Shown piece after piece: positions 12,201 through 23,300 of a stretch of DNA of 64,000 bases. Source of the DNA: Phoronis australis (taxonomy: Eukaryota > Animalia > Phoronida); the NCBI GenBank assembly GCA_002633005.1, contig NMRA01000204.1:4260-68259 (forward strand), read 5' to 3'. Position numbers and translations under genes: made by a program. Numbering within the stretch: position 1 is the stretch's first letter; every line of letters starts with the position of its first letter. A model generated the notes under the pieces. That model saw only the letters and a program-made list of their open reading frames with translations, was not told the origin of the DNA and searched no databases.

Positions 12201-12850
12201 ATTATCACTACTTGAGAATATAGAACTAGTCTCGTCAATGGAAAGTTAACACAAAGGTAGGCACATTGTAGAAATTACAACCCCTTATGTACTTACGTTC
12301 AGCTGTTCAGTATCGTTCAATTGTAGCGTCCATTTCATTGGCAAAGCATCAATAAGAATTCTCTACTTAATTGCACTCAATTTGAAAATATTGAAATTGC
12401 CTTGAAACTACATTATTTTAAAATACGGTTTGACTAAATTGGTTGGGGTCAAAATCCGTTTTGAAAAGCTTATAACCAAGATGAAGGAAAGGATATCTTA
12501 ACAGAAAGTAAGTACCTTTTTAAAGTCCCACACAGGATTAGTTAGGCCAAACTGAAATACTTCACTTATGTGTAGTCAATCAAGTTCAGTTAACCGCTAT
12601 GAATCCTGCCGTTTAAGCACTATTCGGTGCTTATAGTTATATGTATTAAAATTAGAAATGATAACATACAAAACAAAAGCATTCCAACCCGCATGACAAT
12701 GCATTTTTTGATGAACAAACTACTGTCAAAAGCTTTTCATATCTACAGGTGTCACCAATGTATGACGTCGGAGGCAGGACAGCACTAATGGCGGCCAATC
12801 TTATGTTCGAAATGCTGTGCGTACTACCTGGGGTGAAATATTCACATTAA
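9118..12850 (+). CDS. AGMAT: Agmatinase / guanidino-acid hydrolase (ureohydrolase family), probably mitochondrial; spliced CDS join(9118..9295,9579..9704,10241..10425,11183..11383,11863..12102,12749..12850), 343 aa
   Basis: Six exons with GT-AG introns and matching phases sum to 1032 nt and end in TAA at 12848-12850. The ureohydrolase metal motifs GGDH, DAHSD and SFDID plus APGTGTP and HGTPF are intact. GTSNRSGTRLGPRQIR and CWHKSLVPLMDEVRQQMG closely match the animal AGMAT pattern. The N-terminus MHASSKLAFQMAKCHFQRHFSASSRL is basic/hydroxylated with no acidic residues, like a mitochondrial presequence (inference). Confidence 0.95.
9579..9704 (+). CDS. AGMAT: AGMAT coding exon 2 (GLDACFVG...VNMDT)
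   Basis: Acceptor ctcag, donor gttggt, phase 1-1. Confidence 0.93.
10241..10425 (+). CDS. AGMAT: AGMAT coding exon 3 (contains GGDH)
   Basis: Acceptor tttcag, donor gtttgt, phase 1-0. Confidence 0.93.
11183..11383 (+). CDS. AGMAT: AGMAT coding exon 4 (contains DAHSD, HGTPF, QIGLRG)
   Basis: Acceptor tgtcag, donor gtgagt, phase 0-0. Confidence 0.94.
11863..12102 (+). CDS. AGMAT: AGMAT coding exon 5 (contains SFDID, APGTGTP)
   Basis: Acceptor tcttag, donor gtacat, phase 0-0. Confidence 0.94.
12749..12850 (+). CDS. AGMAT: AGMAT last coding exon (VSPMYDVGGRTALMAANLMFEMLCVLPGVKYSH*)
   Basis: Too short for the ORF track and translated by hand. Acceptor ctacag; typical ureohydrolase C-terminus EVSPxYD..TA..AA. 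Confidence 0.93.
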   Translation: MSPMYDVGGRTALMAANLMFEMLCVLPGVKYSH

Positions 12851-12851
12851 C

Positions 12852-13021
12852 AATTGACCTAGGACGCCAGGCGGCTTAACTGACCTATTAGAACGCATCA
12901 TTCTTGACACACCTTCGTTTCCAAGCTGCCATTTTACCCGACAAACAACACGTTGCCGCGTAAAACTTATTGCTTGTTTGTCGACAATTCGCAAGGGGGC
13001 GGAGCTTGCAATAGGTTAACT
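12852..13021. mobile_element. Small TIR element in the AGMAT 3' UTR (family shared with 16005-16117)
   Basis: AATTGACC...ATAGGTTAACT ends; shared blocks AGAACGCA.CATTCT.GACACACC, CGTTTCCAAGCTGCCATTT and TTCGCAAGGGGGCGGAGCTTGC.ATAGGT. Confidence 0.75.
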
Positions 13022-13133
13022 GTAGTCATCGATCACTTTCGAGGCAGAAGGAAGTAACTTTTAGGAGACGAAACCCACCTGGCCCTCCTGCTGAGTCTGC
13101 TATATTCAGTTTTGTCATCGTTACAAGAGATTA

Positions 13134-13139
13134 AATAAA
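13134..13139 (+). promoter_or_regulatory. Candidate polyadenylation signal for AGMAT
   Basis: First AATAAA downstream of the stop codon, about 285 nt away; a second lies near 13323. Confidence 0.5.
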
Positions 13140-14531
13140 AACTGAATTGACACTTTTCAGTGCACTACTCACTTTAAATACCCATCATGGCAAATAAGGT
13201 TAAACCAAAACTCAATTGCATCAAGGAAACAGAGGTGAATCCTACGACTAAACCAACAGTGAACTCAATCAGTTGTTGTTAATTGACATGTTCAAATAGG
13301 AACAGTGAATGCTTACAACAACAATAAAAAAGAAATACTTCCACCTCAAAACATGAATCAAAACAATCCTTTAAACGATGTACAAGGATCTTTTACATTA
13401 CCAATTCAATCAAAAGTACGGAGAATGAAAGCTTGGTACTAATGTTCCCCACTAACGGTAAATTTACAGGAAAAATTATCGAATTAGAAAGATATTTTTG
13501 TTTCGAGGTGCAATCAAAGAAGGAAAACCATAACACTGTTCATTGTGAGACTCCTCAATTTAAAGTAAGTAATTGTGTAGTACATAGAATTTTCTGCTGT
13601 TAATACCATTGTTTCAAAACTGCAGAAAGTTATATTTNAGTTTGAGATTCATAGATCCTTATAAATGAAAAAATGTTCATTGAAATTATAGACACATGGT
13701 GAACAGAGACACCTGGTGGCTGCCAAAAGTATTGCTCACAGGCTACTTTAGTTTTTGACAATATTGGACAAGACAACTAGTTCTTGTCCGTCAGTCATCT
13801 AAGTTCTTAACAGGTCCTCCTGGAGGCAATTTGTTTGAAAGTGTTGGATTTTATATTTTGACCTATTAAAAATAATTAAAAAATTATGGGTCATGGGTTG
13901 GAGAAATAAATGAAAAATACGGGCGGTGGGTATGAAATAAAAGTGCCTTCCCCCCCCTCCCATACAGATTTTGCTGGAACGGCCCTTAGTAAGTCCTTAA
14001 CAGAACATGAATATCAGAATAATTGAAGTGATGATTTGACCACACTAGATTCAGGTCACAATACTAGTACCCAACACACTGAAGTATTTAGTACGAAGGG
14101 TCATGTGCATTGCCTTAAAGGGGAAAAGCAACCGTTTTTGATACAACCAACAAGATCCCGGATTATCTTCAGACGTTTTGCGTGTTACTTACCGTTCCCT
14201 TGGTATTTTCTACAGGACTTGGAAAGACCAATGACAAAAAGAGGAAAATTTTCCAGGTGATGCATCGTTCCACTAATAAATAAACTTGTGTGATGAGGAT
14301 ATTTTTGTGTTGTAAAATTTAATTGAAATAAAAGTTTTTGCATGAATAAAGTCAAAATAATGATAAAAAGATAAGAAAAAGAGTAAACTGGAAATTAAAT
14401 AAGGTAAGGGGAAATCAAAACCAAAGAGGAAATCCTCTCAAAAGGAAAATTCCAAGCTCCGTTTCTATCCATGGAAGAATAGAAAGGGATTTAAACAGTC
14501 CAACAAAAGTCCCGTTAAGACATCAACTTTT

Positions 14532-14916
14532 GGCCCGGTGCAACTGACATGGAGCAAATTGACCCGTGTCAAGAGGCCGTTTACACACACAACTCACTAA
14601 CCGTGGCAAGACGGAAATTAAATGCTGGAGAGACTGGATTGCACATGGGCAGGTTTACAAATGACGAGAGTTGCAGAGAGTAGGTCATTGCACAAGCGCA
14701 GTAGAGACGATCCTTTCCGCCTTGCTCCAGTTTTGCGTTTAGACTTATAATTGACACAGCGCCAGATGTTCGGGCGCAAGTTACTCTACCTCACAAACGG
14801 GTGGCAAAAATTTGTCATCGCAGTGTCAATTTGCTCCGTGTCAGTCCGTTTACACACTGGAACAACTTGTTCTGTGTCAGCTGATCCGTGTCAACTTTGT
14901 AAGTGTAAACGGCACT
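14532..14916. mobile_element. TIR element with GCCGTTTACAC termini and internal TGACACGG/CCGTGTCA repeats
   Basis: GCCGTTTACAC near 14576 versus GTGTAAACGGC near 14903-14913; the internal inverted block ACTGACATGGAGCAAATTGAC / GTCAATTTGCTCCGTGTCAGT. Confidence 0.7.
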
Positions 14917-16004
14917 AAAGAGCCTGCTTCTGCATTCACTTCCACTGAGCAAACACGAATGACCAGACACAGACTGTGTTCAATAGTGAGATGGGCATCG
15001 ATTGCTCGGTGGAAGCAAATGTAAAACAAATAGCGGTATGCAGGCTTTCGATGCGACTTCCACATCAAATTCTTTTGTTCCATTGAAAGTACATACTGAC
15101 CAGGGAAACAGAAATTAATACAGAAAAATTTATCCTCCAGCTTGCCAGGGATACACGTATTTTTACTGAATGTAACCTTCAAAATGGTCGTGTGCATAAT
15201 GCTGTAAAGGTCCCAGTCACGGGTTGCACCAAACCTAGGTACGCGTGTATCCTGTACGTTGCTGCACGTCAAACCTGCTGCAGTGTTGGCAACGGTGTAC
15301 TGTCAATTTAAGAAGGGACCCATTCAAATTGATATTAAAGCTTCTATTTCAAATGGTAATTAAAAGAATTGAGATCCTTAAATGTACTTGGTAAAAAATC
15401 GTGAAACTAACAATTACCGAAAGTGACGATTTACAGTATATGTCCGAAACTGATGAACAAAAATAACTTGAAGAATTTTTTTCTTGTCCAAATGGTGAGT
15501 GTGTATGACATCGGTGATATTTTGTTGTATATTGTGTAGCAACGAATAACTAGATTAGCAAACAATTCAATCTATTTTGTAATTTTGTCTGTGACAGCAC
15601 ATGTTACAACATTATGCAGACCACACACCATCATACAGAAAAAGCAAATGGATAACAAGTATGAACCAGTCAAGCATTAAATGATAAACCACAAACGATC
15701 GTACATTAAATGACATGTATTAATTACACAACTATACAATAAATACTTGATCAAGTTACACCTGGATTAGCCAAAACATTGAAAAACTATATTAAATGAC
15801 TTACAAAATGATGAAAGTTAACTGAACATCCTTTTCTGAGTAAATGACTCTAGTATGTTCTTCAAAGGCTACCTGAAGTGTGATTGAAACTTTTCAACAA
15901 TGGAACTATGCACAGTGACCTAATACAACTCTAAGCTACTCTAAACCCACCCTCTGCCAAAAACGCACCACCTTTGATTTGGACCACATACCACGAATCA
16001 AACT

Positions 16005-16117
16005 AATTGACCCATCACCAGGACCAATCAGAACGCAGCATTCTCGACACACCGTTTCCAAGCTGCCATTTGTTTGCCGACTTTTCGCAAGGGGGCGGAG
16101 CTTGCGATAGGTCAATT
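16005..16117. mobile_element. Small TIR element downstream of the TBC1D24 stop (family shared with 12852-13021)
   Basis: AATTGACC / GGTCAATT termini; same three blocks as the 12852 copy, in the same genomic orientation. Confidence 0.75.
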
Positions 16118-17238
16118 CTTTACTAGTTGATAAGTTCATTCTGGGCTTGCAAGGAACTGACAGCTGGACTGCATGCTCCTCGCATAAAACCCTATTTTTT
16201 GAACCTGGTATTGAGCCATGAGACATGACGTCACTGTTTCTGAATCCCAGAAATCACTCCAAATCAAGGTAAAACCCAACACTTAGTTTTTTGACACAAG
16301 TTGGATTCATGGCGCCTTTAACATAGACTAACAATCGAGGGTGCCAAGAGACGTGAATATTTTCCGTTCATGGTCAATAGGTGGCTCAATTATCAAATCA
16401 CCTCAGAGATAAATAGCTGAAAATATTTCTAGCACTAAAGCAACCTTTAACAACAGGTGTCCCAGGTATCTAGCTGCACTTTGAACTATGACCTATATAC
16501 ACAACAGATCACTCTGAACAACACTATTTTGGCAAATCACAGAGAAAATACGATTTATGAGTGAGTCTGACAAATCAACAAGAGAATTTTCACAGGGAAA
16601 TTTGTATTTACGATACTGATGTCAGATGATACCACTAAATAACTTTTAAAGCTTCATCCTAAGACAAACAAAGAACGTAACAAAAAAAACAAACACATCA
16701 CCGTAGGCCTGTTTCAGCCAACATTCCGTTGTTCTGACGAAGCCTTGCCACCCAATAGGAATACGACCAGGGAATGAAATAATTGACAATGACAAGGGGT
16801 GATATACCCCTTCCTACTGGAGGACCATCCCCCTGCACCTGTGGCTGGTCGAGCTTCTCTGTGAAAACATATGTAGACACGTATCTGTACATTACCTACA
16901 CATAAGAACTAGTCACTAAATATTTTCACATTATCTGTGATCCAGTTTATCACTAAGCGCCAAAAACTAACTCGTCCAGTTCCACAATCCCGATTCAGTC
17001 AAAAGTCACAACGTCTCTTCACTAAATTTTCCGTAACAAAACATCTTCAATCCACTTTTCAAATAATCCAGTGCCACTCAATTCATTATTCCCACAGTAT
17101 ACGTGATTCGGCCGTTAACTTCGAACCTCCCTGTCTTACATATTCATTCATGATCTGTGACACGCTACGTCTTCCATCCAATCATTTCAACCGTCCTTGT
17201 GAAGGCGCGCCGAGCTCCAGCACTCTTCCAAATGAATG

Positions 17239-17374
17239 TCACTTAAATCCGAACGCCTCGATGGCCTTCACTTTGAAATCGCTATCTTCTACTAAGGGTG
17301 GATTGTTAAATGTCAAGCACTGACTGGTGAATCCTTGGTAGAGGTCAGCATCCAGTCGCAGACCCTCACCATTC
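17239..17374 (-). CDS. TBC1D24: TBC1D24 last coding exon (NGEGLRLDADL...FNNPPL...IEAFGFK*)
   Basis: Acceptor tttacag; canonical TLDc C-terminus; TGA at 17241-17239. Confidence 0.94.
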
Positions 17375-20300
17375 CTGTAAATTGAAAGGCAAATGACTAA
17401 TTACCATGGCATTATTTGGAAATTGTATATTTCTTACCTTTCACGACCGAGTAGCATCATGAAATTCAAAATCTATCCATTGCATGACGTCATGTTTAAG
17501 AATTGCATCATAACACGTGATGATGCGACACCATTGTTGCTTTGCCAGCGTGTAACTTATACGCAAACGTGCACAGGTTCCTTAAATATAAGACTGCGCA
17601 AATCAAGAGGAAATGTCCCTGCAACAACAAACCAAACTGAAACATAGTTGCCCATTCAAAATTCACAACGCATATGTAAGAGCAAGTCATGTCAGTTAAC
17701 TTACCCGCCTCCCACACTCAACATGGTGGAGTTGGCCGCTTGGAACATGCTGCATTTAGTGCCCACGTCCTCCGTCTTGTTGACTCCCACCCACTCGTAC
17801 TTGGCGGGAGTTGGTGCCAGCGTAAACAGGAACGTCTCGCCTGTACCAAAGTAGGACAAGTGACCAGAGCCTTGTTTGCGCTCTGACCAATCGGCAGAGC
17901 AGTAAGCACCAAGCACCTGTGGAGACGAGGACAAAAGATTGGCATCAGTCACATTTCGTCAGCAGCACAAGGGTATCGAGCAGGCATATTAGTATGGTTT
18001 TTAAAACACAACATGGTACGAACACAACAAAAAAATGTTTAAAGTCTTTTTTTTCATTAAAAAAAAAAACATAAAATTGACTTTACACAACTCCTGGGAA
18101 GCATTACAAAGCCTAGGCTCCGGTTGCACAAAAGTTCTATGCTAGAGAGCATCAATGACGCCACTTTATCACGCATCATGTTACTATATTGTTGAAAACC
18201 ACACAAGGCCAAACGTATCCAGTGACAAAGTTTGGAGGTTTTCTGCAACCCAGCCCAAGTATCCAAATGTTTTCACAGCATTTTTGTCACAGGTAATAAA
18301 CTGTTAACAGTTACTATAAACAATAAAGGATCTAAGCCATTTGAGCAAAACAACAAACTGAATCTCAGTGTCCTCCACAACTGAAGGCAATAACTGTTCT
18401 GGAATTACAAAATTCATGTAAATGCCCTTACTGTGGGAAGTTTGAGTGTTAAGTCTTGGAATAATGCATTAAACTGGTACCAAAACGTCAAAATGTCCTA
18501 ATATATCCCAAAACCTCAATCTCGTTGAATCGATTTTCAAACTCGGCGCAAGGAAGCCAAACTCGTCACGGCAAAATTCAAACTCAAGGCAGTGACAAGT
18601 CAAAACAGGTAGTGGAGAACACTGCTTATGAACTGAAAGAACAGGGTGGCTAGTTTGGAAGTTTTAAACGATTTTAACTCAAATGAACTTAAAAAATTCA
18701 TCAGTCTTCACAAGAAATGGACCCGAAAAATAAATAAATTTTACTCGTAACTTGTCCAACGAAAATGAATGTCAGGCGTAACAAAAGAGAATTTTGTTAA
18801 ATGAACTTCCACAAACAAGCATCGCTGTCCTGTAATTTAGAGTGTGGCAAAAAATAAACAAATTAAGCTGAACAACTGAAAACCATGCCAAGGCATAACA
18901 GGGTTAAAGCGGTATTAACCCAGTGCTTTCTCTCGAAAAAACATGTTTCGGGTGGTCTCAAAATTGTTCCCAAGTCAAAATAGGCGTGAATTCTGGGTTT
19001 AGAAAGAACCGACTCCATTGTTTCTTCAGACCAAGTCCACGAAATTACATGAAAGCACTGGCTCATAGCCCCTTCAATCACTTGTGGGCCCCAGACTTAA
19101 TGTAATATGACCACCAGGACTGGCCTCACTCATCCAGTAAACACATAAATTTAAGTACACACACAGACAACCCCACATTTGGATGCAATAGGGTTCTTAT
19201 TCTTCTAGTTGTGTGTTACAATCTCATTATGTTAGGACACCAAATCTGCAACGAGTGAAATTTTTACTAATTTCTTCACGAATGATAAGTAGCACCAAAT
19301 AAATGCTTTATCACTTTCAAGTTCTGTTTTGAGCGACAGGTGGCATTTTACCAATTCAGGTAAATCTTTTGTCAGAAATTGGCGAGATTTTCTGTAATAA
19401 TGAATATATTTAGGGTCACATTTTTTTTCAAAACTTTGTAATCATCAGTACCATGGGTACATATGCAGAACAACCTCTCGCATGTGCAAAAGGCAATTTC
19501 TCGCAAGCACACACGTCTAACACAGGATGTCTTTTAAAAAGTTGAGATTCTTGGTTTTGTTCAAATATTTCGCACACAAGCACATTAATCCCAATAAAAG
19601 CCCGGGTTCACATACAATCAGCTGTTATTTGCAAGCACAATTCCTGGTGACCGTGATTCAAACACAAACTACTGAGGCAGTAAGTGCTTGGTCAGAGTCG
19701 GGACAACTCATGGAAGACACTACGCATCACAATGGTCACTTCTCATCATGATGGTCACTTCTCATCATGATGGTCATTGTAATCATGATGGCCATTATTC
19801 ATCATGATAAGGTAACAGAACTGAGTCCAGGATCAATTTTAAGTGTGTACTGTATATCAACCAGTGGCAGAGTTTGACCCAGGTAACATTAGCTGAAATC
19901 CATACCATGAATCCCTGCATCAAATCAAGCTTGCCATAAATATTCAGAAATTTATCAATTGGCACTATTGGTACCTAATAAACATGTAAAAGTTATGGCC
20001 TAGAATTCAAATTTTAGTATATAACACGATTCGCTATTAATTCTGTAAATATCACTTGTTGAAAAACTGAATTCTTGAGCATCATAGCAATGACAACCAA
20101 TAATCACATCAGGTGTGACTGGCCAACCTCAATGAACAGTGCAACCACAGTGCATAGTCAAGAGAAGCCAACATTTTTGGTGTTCATTCTACCAAAATAA
20201 GGGTAGAAATCAATAAGGCTAGTACATCAGTAGAAAAGCAAGACCGCGCGAGATTCTGAAAGATGTTGCCATGTACAGTACCTCCAATGAGAGCACGTGA

Positions 20301-23300
20301 TTTTGACTAGATTTTCTCGTCTCAAGAGAGCTATTGAACTCTACCAGTATTCACCAGTTATCGTACACATACTTCAACGCTAATGACACTTGCCAGGCTC
20401 CAATTAATGGGATGTGAAGCATGAATGAAGTGATATCGCCAGTACATGTCAGTTTCCTTAGTTTGTTAACAACGAAATGGAATGTAGTATGAAGATGCCG
20501 GAAACTGACATATACAACTTCGCTTTGGAAATGACGCAAATTCTTAATAAGCAGTGGAGGAACAGCTTTCTTAAGACTCAAATATGTTGAGATAGTAAAT
20601 CCTAGTTTTAGTAAAATAATCGTCAAAAATGCTCGGGTTGCCTCCTGCTTTAACAGAAGCCCACATAAGCTCTGAAAGGACACACACACACGGGACAAAT
20701 GCAGCCAAACAATTACAGGGATTTGGACATGCAGACAAGCCAAAAGACAGCGAGACGTTCTGGCACATATTTGAGTCATTGTTCCTACATACAGCATACA
20801 GGAGCTCTCAGAATGTTGGGTGTCTGTTACGCATACTTTACCGGTAATGGTCTGGTATAACGTGCCCGGATTTTGAGAGCCAGTTTTCTCCACTGAATAA
20901 CGGGCATCAAACTGGTTCTCAAAATACAGGCACGGTATATCAGACTATTGCCCACTTTACCAGTAAAGAATATCGTGACGATCTAAGAGATGGATGAGAG
21001 GTGTTATAAGATCATTTCATTGGTTGAGCTCGGGTTTGCCGAGCCGCCAGGAGAAGCTGGCGGATCTGCATCAAAGTGAGGTTTTACGCTCCAAATTTAT
21101 AATCTATACTTTGAAAAAGTATTTTTGAAAAATATGACCAAACACCGTATTAGGGTGCAATTTACAAACAGAGTTGGGGAATGCTTCTTTCAGAAAACAT
21201 AAGTTTAAAGGTTCAAACTGGCACCAAACCACACGTATTCAAATTTAATGAAAAATTAAGGCTTAGTACATCTTGTGAAAATAGCGGACTGGTTAGTAAT
21301 TGTTGACGAGATAGAAGTGTACCGGTAAAAACAGAGACCTCGACGATGTATGAAAAGAGTAGAGGGGGCCTGACAAGGGTTGCCAAAATGAGTCGTAAAA
21401 CTGTCATTTTATGACATCGTCAAACTTATAAACCGTTTGAATAAGTTTTTTTTCATTTGAAATGGCATATTATTTAATTTGAAAAATGTTGATGTTTTTC
21501 TATGGTGCTTTATAATAGCTAATGACATCATAATTGTTCAATGCCATAACACTGGGGCCCGTTACAAGAAACTGATTTATTAGCTCATTTTTTACTTAAG
21601 TCTAAGACTTGTTTCAACTTCAGAACTTTGACATTTCAACATCCGCTAAGTTAGTAAAAATTAAGACAAAACTTAAATCAATCGTGTTTTTCATTATCAG
21701 CACTAATTTGATGAAAAAATGGATATTTATAATTCCCCAGGTTCAACATAACCGGAGTTGTTCAAAATCCCATAACAACATAAACCAACTGCAATTGTTT
21801 TCAAGTCCTTAGCCCACCAAACAGCAATTAAAAGAAAGAGTGAAGATTCTTCAATCCATTTCACGCATTTTGAAGAAAACCACAAACTTTCCATCAACAC
21901 AAATGATGTTGCCAGTGGTGCCTGTGACCCAAATGTCTAATTACTTTGCTGAATTCCGACATGCTGCCTTCACCCAAATGAAACTAAATGTGCTTATGAG
22001 ATCAAGAAGCAGGGATACACTTAGCCATTCGCCCAGTCGCAAATGTGGATAAAAATGGTACTGGGCGAGTAGAAGTTAACTTGCCCGTCGACCAGGTGAC
22101 GAACGAATTTTTAGAGTGCAAAAGCACTAATATCGTTTCCCAGATGAACATGAATTAATTTTCTCCTCCTTGTGCTGTTTTTATCATGAATTTAAGATTC
22201 AGTTTGGCCAGTTGGTCAGTGTGTCGATGCTCCGGCAGTAAAAAAAAAATCGACGCAGTGTGATCCTACCGATTCGGTAGATATCACCCGTTACGCGATT
22301 CGTCTAGAAAAAAGATCATAGTGCGTGGTCGTGCGCAAAGGAATTTGTGGACTAGTCCGAAACGAAGAAAAGGGGGGAAGGCGGAAGACCGGTCCATGTG
22401 CTCACAGCAAGTGAAATAGCATATTTCTTGGAAATGACTTCTTACTGTAATGCACAATGTCATTTTAGCCAAAATTATTTTATAAATAATAACATTCGTC
22501 CTAATGAGCGCCCATGCCCCTATAAGCGCCCCCACTCGTTTTCAGACTTCGCTAAAATAAGTGCCCAGTCCATGAACGTGTACAAATGCGAAATCCAAGA
22601 AGCGCGCGCACATATATGTGGCCCTGCTACTGTAGCAAATGAACTCTGATGACACGCACGCGCTCGCTAACTCGGCGCACACCTGCAGACTAACTTCAAA
22701 ACAATCATCATGTGACAACATGTGTGTTCGTGCAGATTTTTCTCGTGTTGCGGGGTGTGACTCCACAGTAACTTAAAAATCGCAGGGCCGCAATTTGGAA
22801 AACTTAAGGAGGATTTCAGGTAATTTGTTGAGTCGAATCTGTATTTTTACACAAGAATTCAAATTGCCCTATCGACGATCGCGAGGCAGCGATGCATCAG
22901 TCGGCAAGTTTTCGCCCTGGGATTTCAGCACCTTTTTAAAAAAAAAGATCGTAATTTAACAACAAAATTTGATAGCAATGCACCACAGTTTTGTAGAAAT
23001 TCTGTCATAGGTTACAAATACGTCACAGCACGTAAAGTTGATGAATCCTAGCTTCCGATTTCACCCGTTTCGGAAACCGGGGTTCAACCGCCTTAGACTA
23101 CCCTTCAGAAACGAATTTTTCTAAGCACCCTGGGCGCTTATTAGGGCGAATACGTTAGCCCTAATAGATGGTGAAATCAACACACGAAAAGATAATTTTT
23201 ATTCATTTGACACTAGCAGCCAAATTGTGGTGACAGACGCAAACGGCCGGGCGACTGAACTTCGGGCTGGGCGAGTAAATTTTCTGGCTAAGTCGCCCAG

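Noticed and set aside
9118-12850. Bacterial origin or contamination for the agmatinase-like gene
   Set aside because: It has five spliceosomal introns, a presequence-like N-terminus and animal AGMAT-type motifs.
20351-20893. Longest intronic ORF (180 aa) and other ORF-track entries of 60-145 aa
   Set aside because: Mostly non-ATG starts and low-information composition, with no motifs or phase-compatible splice sites; expected by chance.
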